From Minisyncoccota bacterium (GTDB lineage: Bacteria > Patescibacteriota > Minisyncoccia > Phycocordibacterales > UBA9973), in assembly GCA_041674285.1 (NCBI GenBank), contig JBAYVZ010000005.1, positions 5,176 to 69,175 of the forward strand: a stretch of 64,000 nucleotides of DNA. Reading direction: 5' to 3'. A program made the position numbers and the translations under genes. Below the pieces are notes generated by a model, which was not told the DNA's origin, ran no database searches, and worked only from the letters and a program-made list of their open reading frames with translations. The stretch's first letter is position 1. Every line of letters begins with the position of its first letter. Shown here piece by piece: positions 25,561 to 35,994 of the stretch.

Positions 25561-26340
25561 ATGATTCATAAAGCTAAAAAATCACTAGGGCAAAACTTTC
25601 TCAAGAGCAAACCAGCATTGAATATGATGATTAGTGCCGGCGAGGTAGGGAATGCAGATACTATAGTAGAGATCGGTCCGGGTAAAGGCGCTCTCACAGA
25701 GAAACTCCTTGAAAATGCGGGACATGTCATTGCGATTGAAAAAGATCGTGATCTTATAGACTTTCTGAAAGAAAAGTTCGCGACAGAAATAGAAAACGGG
25801 AAATTTGAATTAGTGCAAGGGGATTGTCTGGAGTGGAATCCGAGTGCACTAAAAGCAAAAAGCTACAAGCTAATAGCAAATATCCCATATAATATAACCG
25901 GTGCAATACTAAAAAAATTCCTCTCTGAAGAAAATCAGCCAGAGCGCATGGTGCTATTAGTCCAAAAGGAAGTAGCCGAGAGGATAGTGGCCCGAGACGG
26001 CAAGGAGAGCATACTGTCTATCAGCGTAAAAGCATATGGTACACCTAAATACATGATGAAAGTAGAAAAAAGATTCTTTTCTCCGGCACCAAAGGTAGAT
26101 TCTGCCATTATCGCTATAACAGCTATATCAAAAAAGAATTTCAAGGATCAGGAACAAGAAAATAAATTCTTTGAAATACTAAAATCTGGATTTGCCCACA
26201 AGAGAAAGGTGCTAAAGAAAAATCTAGAGGACACCCTACTAAAAGAAAAGATATCTGAATTATTCAAAACATACAATATAAATGAAAAAGTTAGAGCAGA
26301 GGACATAAAACTCCAAAACTGGCTTGATTTCGTAAAATAA
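25561..26340 (+). CDS. rsmA: 16S rRNA (adenine1518/1519-N6)-dimethyltransferase
   Basis: N-terminal KSLGQNFL motif, SAM-binding VEIGPGKGALT, and ANIPYNIT. Confidence 0.9.
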   Translation: MIHKAKKSLGQNFLKSKPALNMMISAGEVGNADTIVEIGPGKGALTEKLLENAGHVIAIEKDRDLIDFLKEKFATEIENGKFELVQGDCLEWNPSALKAKSYKLIANIPYNITGAILKKFLSEENQPERMVLLVQKEVAERIVARDGKESILSISVKAYGTPKYMMKVEKRFFSPAPKVDSAIIAITAISKKNFKDQEQENKFFEILKSGFAHKRKVLKKNLEDTLLKEKISELFKTYNINEKVRAEDIKLQNWLDFVK

Positions 26341-26369
26341 AAACCTTACAGGTCCGACCTGTAAGGTTT
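26341..26369. terminator. hairpin terminator between rsmA and the convergent small gene
   Basis: AAACCTTACAGG-TCCGA-CCTGTAAGGTTT followed by T-rich sequence. Confidence 0.7.
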
Positions 26370-26382
26370 TTATTTTATTTAA

Positions 26383-26763
26383 TTAGAAAGATGTACCTAC
26401 AAATTTGATAGTGCCCTTTGATGCTGTAATTGGCTCGCAGGGAGTACCCAACATAAGACATGACCCACCAGAACTATACTGACCCAAGAGATAGCTACCT
26501 TGTTTTACGGTACCCCGAGAATAAGTCTTTGTTCCGGCCAGAGGAGAATACAGATATGTACCACTACTGCCCTTGGGTCCACTGATGGTCAACAGATAAT
26601 CCCCTGGACTACAAGTACAAGACTCTTTTACCATCACTTTTCCTCCAAAATAACTTCCACTATAAGAAGCCTCTGTCTCTGTGTATGGGAATAGTGGTGA
26701 CATAAACAAACAAATTAAAATTAACAACCCGAGTTTTTTCAAATCTACTAGAATATTTTGCAT
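26383..26763 (-). CDS. small secreted Cys-containing hypothetical protein
   Basis: 126 aa with a hydrophobic N-terminal segment (LGLLILICLFMSPLF) and a G/S/T/Y-rich, beta-like body with 4 Cys. Confidence 0.5.
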   Translation of the reverse strand: MQNILVDLKKLGLLILICLFMSPLFPYTETEASYSGSYFGGKVMVKESCTCSPGDYLLTISGPKGSSGTYLYSPLAGTKTYSRGTVKQGSYLLGQYSSGGSCLMLGTPCEPITASKGTIKFVGTSF

Positions 26764-26770
26764 ACATATA

Positions 26771-26779
26771 TGATATAAT
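26771..26779 (+). promoter_or_regulatory. extended -10 box TGATATAAT, 6 nt before GTG 26786
   Basis: TGATATAAT at 26771-26779, start codon GTG at 26786. The same box recurs at 31598, 36442 and 53082. Confidence 0.55.
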
Positions 26780-26785
26780 ATTTTT

Positions 26786-27733
26786 GTGAATAAAGAAAAT
26801 AAAAAATCTTATCTCCCTAGTCACGAATTCGTGGCCAGAGTCATCATCCTCGTCCTACTACTAGGGGCTGCAGTAGGGGGCAATGCTCTATATAAATACT
26901 TTAAAAACAAAAAAGACAATAAATCCACCTCTATCCCCACAGACACCATCAGACTCGAGAGTGGGCTGACTGTTTCAGATGTGATGTCAAAGGATTCAAA
27001 TAAAAATGGAATAGCAGATTGGGAGGAATCTCTATGGGGCCTAGATCCTAAATCTGATGGTTTTTCAAATAAAACAATAATAGACAATAAAAAGAAAGCC
27101 CTAAATACACAAAATGGGACAATGGACACAAATACAGAAGAAAAAGAGGACGAAACAAAAAAATTAGCTATAGAATTCTTCTCTTCTTTTATGTCTCTCA
27201 AGGAATCTGGAGCTTTAAATACAAATGCCGTCGAGAACTTAACTTCAGTTATAGGGCAAGAAGTAGGGAATACAGAAACACCAGATACATACATAGGTAA
27301 TAGTATAAAAACAACCAAATCAAACAAAGAAAATCTTGCAAAATACCAAAAAGACCTCGAAAATATAATAACAAAGCACGAAAACAGATTGCCAGGCACA
27401 GAACTCGAAATAATGGCTCGCGCCATGGAAAATGAAGATAGTGCTCTCATCGGAGATCTAGCTCAGATATCAAACGAATACAGGAGCCTGGCAAAAGACA
27501 TGACCACAATAACAGCGCCGATGAATGTGGCGCAAAATCATCTTTTGCTTATAAATGCTTATGACAAGATTGGTATATCTATAATCAAAATGTCCGACGC
27601 ATTAACAAATCCTGTAGCTGCAGCCACAGGCACCGCAATGTATACAAGATATACAAATGAGATCAACCAAATAGTAGAAGAAATGAAGACAACATTTATA
27701 GATAATGGTATACTTGAAAAAGATGCGAACTAG
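26786..27733 (+). CDS. membrane-anchored hypothetical protein (first gene of the T4SS-like locus)
   Basis: 315 aa, GTG start, one TM helix (VARVIILVLLLGAAVGG). Confidence 0.55.
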   Translation: MNKENKKSYLPSHEFVARVIILVLLLGAAVGGNALYKYFKNKKDNKSTSIPTDTIRLESGLTVSDVMSKDSNKNGIADWEESLWGLDPKSDGFSNKTIIDNKKKALNTQNGTMDTNTEEKEDETKKLAIEFFSSFMSLKESGALNTNAVENLTSVIGQEVGNTETPDTYIGNSIKTTKSNKENLAKYQKDLENIITKHENRLPGTELEIMARAMENEDSALIGDLAQISNEYRSLAKDMTTITAPMNVAQNHLLLINAYDKIGISIIKMSDALTNPVAAATGTAMYTRYTNEINQIVEEMKTTFIDNGILEKDAN

Positions 27734-29873
27734 ATTTTATACACAATTTATATCGTTGTTTATTATCTTGCAATTAGTATTTGCTCCTATTGTTACAGTT
27801 GCAGCCGAGACCGCAGGAGCGGATGCATTTGGAGGATTCGGGTCACTCATAGGATGCTCTAGTAGCACGGCTCGAGGTATGGGTGGAGCACTGAGCTCTA
27901 TATCTGGATTATTTACTAAAAAATCAGACTCAACAAAAGCTAAAAATATAACAGATGGATTCCTAAAATCTCAGACAACTAGCGAGTCCTTGGGTGCTTC
28001 TGCTATACCAGTAGAAAACAAAGATCTAGTAAAAACAGCAGAGAACACTGCAAAGACTGCAGAGATAAATGAACGGGTAAACCAAAGAGAGGAGTGTCTA
28101 AATGGTCTAGCATACAGAGTAGCAAAATTCGCACTAGCGAAACTAACAGAGCAGACAGTGAACTGGATAAACACTGGATTTAATGGTGATCCGTTCTTTA
28201 TACGTGACCCACAATCATATTTCAAGAGTATCGTAGATAGTGAAGTAAATTCAATTCTAGGACCAATCAGCAAATACCAAGACAAAGAAACATACCCATA
28301 TGGCAGAGATTTTGCCAGGGCTTTTCTTCAAAATAGAACAAATAGCTACAACAGCTATTCACAGTCAAATCTGAATAGATATATGATGAAAAACACCACC
28401 CCGGAGCAATACTCACGTAATTTTGCAAACGGTGGATGGGATGGGTGGCTAGGAATGACTCAAAATCCAGCAAACAATCCACTAGGATTCGGATTGATAA
28501 CATCCCAAGAAATAGCTGACAGGAGTGCTAGATCAACACAAGACACACTAAATGAACTAAACTGGGGGGATGGATTTCTCAGTCAGAAAAAATGTGCAGA
28601 ACCAAAAGACTACACACCAGCAAATGCAAAAGAAAAACCTTGTCAAAAGTGGGAGACAGTCACACCAGGTATAGCAATATCCGGACAGCTATCAAGAGTG
28701 ATGGGTACATCATACAATCAACTAGAGATGGCTGACCAGATAAATGAATCAATGAGCCTAATATTTGATGCTCTAATAAACAAAGCAATGGTAGACGGAG
28801 TGAGCAAGCTCTCTAGTAAAAGAGATAATTCATATACTACATTTGGAGGACTCGGGTCAAACAGAGTATACAACAGCACTGGAGAAGATATAACTAGCCT
28901 GACAAATATGGGAATTAGTGGGAACAATTCAATGAATTCTCCTCAAGCATCGGGATGGTTTAATCAAAATGAAGAATTCGACATAACAGGAAAGAAAAAC
29001 AGTTCAAATAATCTAGGGGTAGTATTAAAAAATCAAAGAGATTACAAAACAGAACTAACTAAAACAGTAGAGATCATCCCAAAAATTCTACCGAGCGTAG
29101 GGGAGCTAGACTACTGCATACCAGGACCAAATCCAAACTGGACCACAGACGTGGAATACATATTATCAAATATTGATTCATTGCAAGCAAAAGGAGTAAA
29201 TCTTGCAGATCCAGATTTTCAAGAGGTGTCCAAGGGGTGGGGAGTAGCAGGCAATATATTGATGGTGACTGGAGGTGTGATATCTATGACAGGCATAGGA
29301 GCTCCTATCGGTCTAGCTGTAGCTGGTATCGGTATGTTAGTAAGCTCAATATCAAGCTGGGTAGGTAGTAAAAAGCAAGATGTATACAATGCCAACAAAA
29401 CAATACTAGAAAATACCCAAGAAGCTGAGATCAATATGCAGAACAATTTAATAGAAGAGACTGCGGGGTTAGACAGAGAAGAATACAAAAAATACAAAGC
29501 TGCAATTGAGAAATATTATGCAAAAAATATTCCAGTAGCAGAAAAAGCTCTAGGGATAGCATCAAATCTAAACAGCTACAAAGAATCGGTACCCGATGCT
29601 ATAGATATATATAGCCAGACGATAAACGAGACGACTGTAAACATAAATGAGCTTGTTGACATAAAGAGGCAAGTGGATGAGATAATGAAACAAGATTATA
29701 TCCAAAAACAAATAGACCGATGTGGTACACAGGCAGCACCTGCAGATCTAGGGTCATATAGTGGTGGTGGATTTATAAATGTAGGTGGTGGTACTGGTCC
29801 TAGCACGGGAGGGAATAGTGGATCTGCCGGATCAGTGGGCAACAATGGTGGTGGATTTATACAATTCCCATAA
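27723..29873 (+). CDS. secreted/membrane hypothetical protein with Gly-rich C-terminus
   Basis: Signal-like MRTRFYTQFISLFIILQLVFAPIVTVAAE, a late TM pair (GNILMVTGGVISMTGIGAPIGLAVAGIGMLVSSISSWVG) and a C-terminal GGGFINVGGGTG...GGGFIQFP. Confidence 0.6.
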   Translation: MRTRFYTQFISLFIILQLVFAPIVTVAAETAGADAFGGFGSLIGCSSSTARGMGGALSSISGLFTKKSDSTKAKNITDGFLKSQTTSESLGASAIPVENKDLVKTAENTAKTAEINERVNQREECLNGLAYRVAKFALAKLTEQTVNWINTGFNGDPFFIRDPQSYFKSIVDSEVNSILGPISKYQDKETYPYGRDFARAFLQNRTNSYNSYSQSNLNRYMMKNTTPEQYSRNFANGGWDGWLGMTQNPANNPLGFGLITSQEIADRSARSTQDTLNELNWGDGFLSQKKCAEPKDYTPANAKEKPCQKWETVTPGIAISGQLSRVMGTSYNQLEMADQINESMSLIFDALINKAMVDGVSKLSSKRDNSYTTFGGLGSNRVYNSTGEDITSLTNMGISGNNSMNSPQASGWFNQNEEFDITGKKNSSNNLGVVLKNQRDYKTELTKTVEIIPKILPSVGELDYCIPGPNPNWTTDVEYILSNIDSLQAKGVNLADPDFQEVSKGWGVAGNILMVTGGVISMTGIGAPIGLAVAGIGMLVSSISSWVGSKKQDVYNANKTILENTQEAEINMQNNLIEETAGLDREEYKKYKAAIEKYYAKNIPVAEKALGIASNLNSYKESVPDAIDIYSQTINETTVNINELVDIKRQVDEIMKQDYIQKQIDRCGTQAAPADLGSYSGGGFINVGGGTGPSTGGNSGSAGSVGNNGGGFIQFP

Positions 29874-29893
29874 TAAATAATTAAGTATAAAAT

Positions 29894-31522
29894 ATGCAAA
29901 ACAATGGAAACAAATTAAGAGCATTCATCATAACATTCATCGTAATGGGTATTTTGATTGCTATAGGATATTTTATATTTAAAAATGCAGGCACTGACAA
30001 CACAACACGAGGAGAAAGCATCGGGAAAAAATTCACGTCTCTGTTCGGACAATCAAAACAATTACCAGCCGACAAGATAGACGACGTAGACACACAAAAT
30101 AACACAAACAATACGGACCCCAACCAAACGGACCAAACTGCCGGGAATGGATCAACAGGATCAAACACTGACGGGACAAGCAACACAGGCAGCACGGGGT
30201 CACAGAACAATGGACAGAGCACGGCGAACAATGGATTATCAAACACAATAATACCTAAACTTAATCCATTCCCATACGGCGGTAGTGGAACTTATGGGGG
30301 TGGACTTATCAGTGGGGGAGGTGTCACTGGTGGTGGATTTATAGGAGGGGGTGGTTTTACAGGTGGTGATAGTGGCTTTACGGGAGGGGGTACGAATGGT
30401 GGAGGTGATACATTTGACTACGGTGACCTAATAACATCAAAACCAGAGTGTAGCGATGGCATAGACAATGACGGTGACGGCAAAAAAGATAGCGCCGATT
30501 CAGGGTGTCACACAGACTTGAAAGCATCAAATGCCTATTCATATTTCCCTGGATGGGACGATGAACAGTCAGAAAATGATATCACAGTCGATGACAAGAA
30601 AAATATGTGCGAAGTAAACATAATATTCAACGACACAGACAAGAAGAGGATGGAGGAGCTAACTAGGCTTTTCTATAGACTTGCGCCGAATCTAGCCACA
30701 GCAGAAGATATCAAACTAGAAGTAGCCAATCAGAAGACATACGAAAATGTAATAAATAAATCAAAAGAATACACCGCTCAGTGCTACAAGGAAAGAGAGA
30801 CTCTAGGGCCGAGCAGAGCTCTGTCGAACGGCAAAGACTACATGCTAGAATCTAGAGACAATGGATATGCAAATCTTTCAAAAATAAAACCATCAGAGAC
30901 ATTCCTACCAGGGGACAAAGGTGCGTCGTTTGAAACTCCATACATAACAGTCACAGACTCATACAGAAATAGATATTTCCAAGAGCACGGAGATGATCTA
31001 ATTATAAATACAGCCATTACAAAGCAAAAAGATAGAGGCGGAGCGGCAGGTGCAGTAGCTGCTCATATCCTACAAAATATGCATGATTATGGAATAATAA
31101 AAAGATATATACCAGACCAACTAGCAGTCCCAATGACATTTGAAAATGCAAATATCAAAAACCCTGATGGTATATATAACTACAAAGGAGATGAAAATTA
31201 CCAAAAAGTCCTAGATATACTACTCCGAGAAACGGGCCAATACCTAGATGCCCTCGAACCAGGCAGGAGAGAGTGGTCTGATAGAAGTGGGAGGAATGAG
31301 ACACTCGAGACATTTATAGGATTTGTACAAGTAGTAGGATCAGATTACTGGGGATACATAAATACAAAAGAAGCCCTGAATCTATATCTAATATCAGGAG
31401 CCACCGACGATACTAGAAAGGTAGATTTTGGTAAGATCACATGGTTCTCTGGTGCATCAGAATTTGAAAATAAACCAAAGAATGCATACAAAAATTTTGA
31501 GGATGCTTTTATGATTTGGTAA
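29894..31522 (+). CDS. membrane-anchored hypothetical protein with T/N/G-rich and GGGF-repeat linker and a DNDGDG motif
   Basis: N-terminal TM (AFIITFIVMGILIAIGYFIF), GGGLISGGGVTGGGFIGGGGFTGG, and CSDGIDNDGDGKKDSADSGCH (calcium-binding-like). Confidence 0.6.
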   Translation: MQNNGNKLRAFIITFIVMGILIAIGYFIFKNAGTDNTTRGESIGKKFTSLFGQSKQLPADKIDDVDTQNNTNNTDPNQTDQTAGNGSTGSNTDGTSNTGSTGSQNNGQSTANNGLSNTIIPKLNPFPYGGSGTYGGGLISGGGVTGGGFIGGGGFTGGDSGFTGGGTNGGGDTFDYGDLITSKPECSDGIDNDGDGKKDSADSGCHTDLKASNAYSYFPGWDDEQSENDITVDDKKNMCEVNIIFNDTDKKRMEELTRLFYRLAPNLATAEDIKLEVANQKTYENVINKSKEYTAQCYKERETLGPSRALSNGKDYMLESRDNGYANLSKIKPSETFLPGDKGASFETPYITVTDSYRNRYFQEHGDDLIINTAITKQKDRGGAAGAVAAHILQNMHDYGIIKRYIPDQLAVPMTFENANIKNPDGIYNYKGDENYQKVLDILLRETGQYLDALEPGRREWSDRSGRNETLETFIGFVQVVGSDYWGYINTKEALNLYLISGATDDTRKVDFGKITWFSGASEFENKPKNAYKNFEDAFMIW

Positions 31523-31526
31523 CAAT

Positions 31527-31553
31527 AAAACTCGCCACAAAATGGCGAGTTTT
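31527..31553 (+). terminator. intrinsic terminator inside the locus
   Basis: AAAACTCGCCA-CAAAA-TGGCGAGTTTT. Confidence 0.7.
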
Positions 31554-31597
31554 ATTAACATATTTTCATAAAAAAATAATGTTATTTTTTTATGAAG

Positions 31598-31606
31598 TGA
31601 TATAAT
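31598..31606 (+). promoter_or_regulatory. extended -10 box TGATATAAT, 6 nt before GTG 31613
   Basis: TGATATAAT at 31598-31606, GTG at 31613. Confidence 0.55.
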
Positions 31607-31612
31607 ATAATT

Positions 31613-34600
31613 GTGAAAAAATTTGGTAGCTATCTTTTGCTTTTTCTAATTATCGCGAACCTCTTCGCGCCTATTTCATTGCAGAAAAATAGTCAAGGTA
31701 ACCATGCAATAAAGACAAACATAGCCTCAGCTGAAAATGAGGCAGATACTGAAATAATAGACAATTGTAAAAAAAGTAGAGTCCAGTACTGCATCAGTAT
31801 TCGACCTACATCTGCTTCTAGCTCTACAAAAACAGTATCGATCCTCAGAATAAACATATACACCACAGAAAGCTGGTCTACGACCGAGAATCTTTCTGTT
31901 CACCTAACAATGAAAGAACAACTTTCTGGTCTAAGTGTTTTAGATAAAACTATACTTAGCTCAGAAATGCAAAAAGTAGATAGTCCATATTCAAAATCAA
32001 ATGGATTTGGTCAATACACAATACCAGTACTAGTAAATAAAGAATTAAACCCAGACACTGATTATGTGACGACAGTTGACTCGATGAGCATAGTAAAAGT
32101 AAACAATGTCGGTGGTGTGACTACAGTCCTAGCTACATCTCTAGCTACAGCTATAACAATTAAAATGTCGACAGCTTGTCTTGTTTTTCTTATACCTGGA
32201 ATTGGGCAAGTGGCTCTTGCCACATTAGCTGCAGCAACGCTAGCAGCTGGGGCTGTATATGTCTACTCAGCACTAATTGATCCAGTCACCAACAAAGAAA
32301 AGTTTGACATTCAGTTTAAAACTCCACCAGCAGCGAAGGACGGAGAGGGTCCGAATATAACAGTAGGGGATAAGACATATAGAGGTTCTACGGGTGACAC
32401 GATCATGCCGGGGTGCTCTATGATGCCAGCGATCTTAGATGAGGTAGCAAACACGAGCGGTACTTTTATGGGATGTGTAGCTCAGTTATTCTACTACGCA
32501 GTTTTTGTCCCTACATCTTTCCTATTTGCACTAGGTGGCAAATTCTTTGACTTTGCATTGCACTATTCTATACAGGACTCTTCATACAGGACACCTTTTG
32601 TCACAGAAGGGTGGAAGATCGTACGTGATCTATGTAATATATTCTTTATATTCCTGCTACTCTCTGCTGCTGTAAAGATGATCCTAGATATTGGGCACGG
32701 AGCAAAGGATATGATAGTAAAGGTAGTCATCATCGGACTATTGATAAACTTTAGCCTATTTACCACACAGATAGTAATCGACGCATCCAATATACTGACT
32801 AGATTGTTCTACAATTCAGATGCGATAAATATAGTAGTTAAAAATGGCCAAAACTCAAACGGAAACGGCAGTGTATCTAGCTATGTATACGGACAAAATG
32901 GTCAGCTACCATTGTCAGCAGCTCTAGTAGACAAGGTAGATCCCCAAGCGATAATATTGAATGCGAAAAATATAAATATCCAGAGTGTAGACAATGGAAA
33001 AGTGACAAATCCAAATGCAGCAGACATGGAAGCTGCCAATCAGGGTATCGGAGTGGGGCCATTCTTCCTAGTCACACTGCTAGCTGTAGCTATAAACTTG
33101 ATAGGATTCTTTGTGTTTATATCTGTAGCCTTAATCTTTGTGGGTAGGGTAGTAGGACTATGGTTCTCTATGATTTTTGTGCCACTCGCATTCTTCTCTT
33201 ATGCGGCACCAGACCTCCCAGAGGGATTAAAGAGATTTGGATGGAAGGGTTGGTGGGCAGAGCTGATCGGTACTGCGATGCTAGCTCCAGTATTTATGTT
33301 TATGATGTATCTGATACTCCTATTCCTATCAAAGGGATTCATGGGGTTATTCTACTCAAATGCACAAGGAGCAGAATTCGTATTGCAGACCCTCGTACCA
33401 TTCATCGTGATAATGATACTACTATGGCAAGCAAAAAGTGTGGCATCCGATATGTCAAAAGGGGTAGCTAGCTCTGTGACTACAGGCCTAAAGGTGGCTG
33501 GTGGTGCGGCTCTAGCACTAGGTGGTGCAGGCGTAGGATGGGCAGGAAGAAGTGTAATCAGAAAAATTTCATCAAAAGCTTCAGCTGGAACTACGTCAAC
33601 CCAAGAATACGAAGCAGCATCGAGAGCTGAGAAGGATTTTGGTGACTCGAGCCTGATGCAAGCATATAACAAAAAACGTGGTTTTGTCGGCCGTAATTTA
33701 GGCAAGTTAGGAACCAAAATCGGAATGCATAAAGTTTTTGGGCAAAGCACTATTGGTGGAGGAAAGGACCCTACAACAGGCCAGATATTACCTACAGAGG
33801 TTGGTGGAGTTATGAATGGCATAGGAGGTAGAATAAACAAGGCGCAGAAAAAAGTTGGAGATATTGTCCACGCAAATCATGAATACGAAAAAATTGCAAA
33901 AGAATTACATCTTGATCCTAAAATACCATACAAAGATCTTGGGGCAGTAGACAAGGCAGCGGTGGATAAAAAATTCAGAGATTCAAAGAGAGCGGATACT
34001 GAGAATAATATTAAAAAAGGTCTTGTTTCTGGAGTACCGGGAGAAAATGACTACATCAAAGATCAGGGTAATCTAGCCCGTGCAACCAGCGAATACAGTG
34101 CAGACAGAAAAGCAGAAATTACACAAGACTTCTTACTTAAAAACAATGCGACAAGCGTAGCTGGATTATCTACAGACAAAAAAGATGCCTTGGCAGCAAA
34201 AATCGCAGCCCCACTCACAGAATCAGACAATAACAAGATTAAGAACAAGCTGACAACAGAATACAAAGAAACAGTCCTAAAACACGAGACAGATCACAAA
34301 CTAGATTACGACCTGGATCATATGGCAGAAAATTCAGCAAAGAGCATATCGATAAAGGACAGGCTTTCTGCAGATTCTACTCGCGGTACATACAACCCGC
34401 TCAACCTCTCAAAACTTGACTCTATCAAGAACGACGCCTTTGCTACAAAACTAATCTTTGGTATCACCAGTGCAGTAGCAGTGGGTATGAGGACTGGTAT
34501 GAAGAATATACCTCAGGTTAATATGGGTACAGGTTCTGGGGAATTCAAAGATGACTTCAAGAACGCATTTGCAGAAGCGATAAAGGGTGCAAACTTCAAA

Positions 34601-34690
34601 ATGGAATCTGCGGGAGGTGGAGGAGGCCACGGTGGTGGACATGACGATCATGGTGGAGGGCACGACGATCATGGACATGGAGGTCACTAG
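31613..34690 (+). CDS. VirB6/TrbL-like polytopic membrane protein with large N-terminal ectodomain and His/Gly-rich tail
   Basis: 1025 aa with a signal-like N-terminus and at least 6 hydrophobic helices between about residues 290 and 640 (e.g. FYYAVFVPTSFLFALGGKFFDF, IFFIFLLLSAAVKMIL, FFLVTLLAVAINLIGFFVFISVALIFVG). Ends GGGGGHGGGHDDHGGGHDDHGHGGH. Confidence 0.62.
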   Translation: MKKFGSYLLLFLIIANLFAPISLQKNSQGNHAIKTNIASAENEADTEIIDNCKKSRVQYCISIRPTSASSSTKTVSILRINIYTTESWSTTENLSVHLTMKEQLSGLSVLDKTILSSEMQKVDSPYSKSNGFGQYTIPVLVNKELNPDTDYVTTVDSMSIVKVNNVGGVTTVLATSLATAITIKMSTACLVFLIPGIGQVALATLAAATLAAGAVYVYSALIDPVTNKEKFDIQFKTPPAAKDGEGPNITVGDKTYRGSTGDTIMPGCSMMPAILDEVANTSGTFMGCVAQLFYYAVFVPTSFLFALGGKFFDFALHYSIQDSSYRTPFVTEGWKIVRDLCNIFFIFLLLSAAVKMILDIGHGAKDMIVKVVIIGLLINFSLFTTQIVIDASNILTRLFYNSDAINIVVKNGQNSNGNGSVSSYVYGQNGQLPLSAALVDKVDPQAIILNAKNINIQSVDNGKVTNPNAADMEAANQGIGVGPFFLVTLLAVAINLIGFFVFISVALIFVGRVVGLWFSMIFVPLAFFSYAAPDLPEGLKRFGWKGWWAELIGTAMLAPVFMFMMYLILLFLSKGFMGLFYSNAQGAEFVLQTLVPFIVIMILLWQAKSVASDMSKGVASSVTTGLKVAGGAALALGGAGVGWAGRSVIRKISSKASAGTTSTQEYEAASRAEKDFGDSSLMQAYNKKRGFVGRNLGKLGTKIGMHKVFGQSTIGGGKDPTTGQILPTEVGGVMNGIGGRINKAQKKVGDIVHANHEYEKIAKELHLDPKIPYKDLGAVDKAAVDKKFRDSKRADTENNIKKGLVSGVPGENDYIKDQGNLARATSEYSADRKAEITQDFLLKNNATSVAGLSTDKKDALAAKIAAPLTESDNNKIKNKLTTEYKETVLKHETDHKLDYDLDHMAENSAKSISIKDRLSADSTRGTYNPLNLSKLDSIKNDAFATKLIFGITSAVAVGMRTGMKNIPQVNMGTGSGEFKDDFKNAFAEAIKGANFKMESAGGGGGHGGGHDDHGGGHDDHGHGGH

Positions 34691-34701
34691 AAAATAGATG
34701 G

Positions 34702-34821
34702 ATCCCGTTAGAGATGTGTTGTTAATAAAATAAAATATAAGTTAAAATTAAGTATAAAATAATATTACATAATAAAAATTAATAAGATACGGAAATGTAA
34801 ACATTTCCTATCTCTAATGGG
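34702..34821 (+). repeat. start-codon-abutting structured element (family 1), copy 5
   Basis: Arms ATCCCGTTAGAGAT (34702-34715) / ATCTCTAATGGGAT (34810-34823, one G-U wobble). Inner hairpin GATACGGAAATGT-AAA-CATTTCCTATC. The upstream stop lies 11 nt before the arm. Confidence 0.85.
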
Positions 34822-35979
34822 ATGGACAAAACAGAACTACAAAAACAAATAGCAGAATACTTTTCAAAGCTACCACCAGAAGCTGCTGCTATTTTTAGTA
34901 GCATGGCCTGGATAGATCAGACAGAAGAAATAGGCAATAGGTATAATCTGACAGAGGACCAATTAAAAGCCCTAATAACAGAGACTAGCCTGGCTCTCCT
35001 AGGAGTCATACACTTGAATCAATATGAGGATATATTAATCCAAGAACTCGCTCTCCCTAAAGAAAAGATAGCACCCATGATATCTGAAATAGATAGGGAA
35101 GTATTCGCATCTATCCGCCCAGCCCTAGAAAATACATTTGAATCAAACATAGAGAACATAGCAAAAAACAAATACGGTGGAGCTCAGAATATGGACGACA
35201 GATTCAAAGGGTTGCCACCTGCTGTCCAAGAGGCTATAACAAATTCCAACTACAAAAAGAACCTATACAATATAGCCAGTAAGTACAAATTGAACATGCC
35301 GAGCATGAGCACCCTAGATGAAGTAACCACAAAAGTCATGCTAGGGATAATCCCCAGTGAAAACTACAAAAATGAACTGTCAGCAGGGGTCCAAGCTTCG
35401 CCAGAAAATATAGATCTCATAGTATCAGAAGTCAATGAACAGGTTTTTAAAAACATAAGGTCATTCCTAATTCAAAATACAAAAAGAGATGACGCTGAAA
35501 AAGAAAAAATAGAGATACCGATACCTCCATATAAGAAATCAAATATCCCGACACCCCCATACAAGAAAACAGAGCCATTCGTTCCAGTAAATTTACCAAT
35601 CGCAGAATTTGAAAAAAAAGAGACGGATGATGGCATGAAAATATCGGGGATAGAGATACTAGCAGACGAGAATACAGAAGAAAAAGTAGACGAAGAAAAA
35701 GTTACAATAAAAGAAGACAATATAATGGTAAAATCTGGGGTCTCGGTAGTAGAAGAGGGTAACAATCCCCAGGAATCACACATTATACCGAGCAAGGAAA
35801 CACAAAAATCAGTATTGTACGGTATAGAGAACCCCCAATCAACAAAATCAATACTAAATATGAAGCTCCAGGGAGCAACATCAAGTGGAGTATCCAAAAG
35901 CAATCAACCAATATCAAATATACCTCCACAAAACACAACAAAGTCAGTGATTCATGATCCATATCATGAGCAAATATAA
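34822..35979 (+). CDS. hypothetical protein of the T4SS-like locus
   Basis: 385 aa with a short internal repeat IPIPPYKKSNIPTPPYKKTEP. No recognised domain. Confidence 0.55.
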   Translation: MDKTELQKQIAEYFSKLPPEAAAIFSSMAWIDQTEEIGNRYNLTEDQLKALITETSLALLGVIHLNQYEDILIQELALPKEKIAPMISEIDREVFASIRPALENTFESNIENIAKNKYGGAQNMDDRFKGLPPAVQEAITNSNYKKNLYNIASKYKLNMPSMSTLDEVTTKVMLGIIPSENYKNELSAGVQASPENIDLIVSEVNEQVFKNIRSFLIQNTKRDDAEKEKIEIPIPPYKKSNIPTPPYKKTEPFVPVNLPIAEFEKKETDDGMKISGIEILADENTEEKVDEEKVTIKEDNIMVKSGVSVVEEGNNPQESHIIPSKETQKSVLYGIENPQSTKSILNMKLQGATSSGVSKSNQPISNIPPQNTTKSVIHDPYHEQI

Positions 35980-35994
35980 ACACCAATCATATAC

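Noticed and set aside
26821-27450. 209-aa minus-strand ORF, with similar nested antisense ORFs (e.g. 1974-2291, 5103-5558, 9690-10339, 33352-33840, 38009-38602, 49000-49629, 57399-58034)
   Set aside because: All are embedded antisense in longer ORFs that carry clear motifs or consistent operon context. Their sequences are S/F/I/L-rich with no motifs, as is typical of shadow frames in AT-rich DNA.
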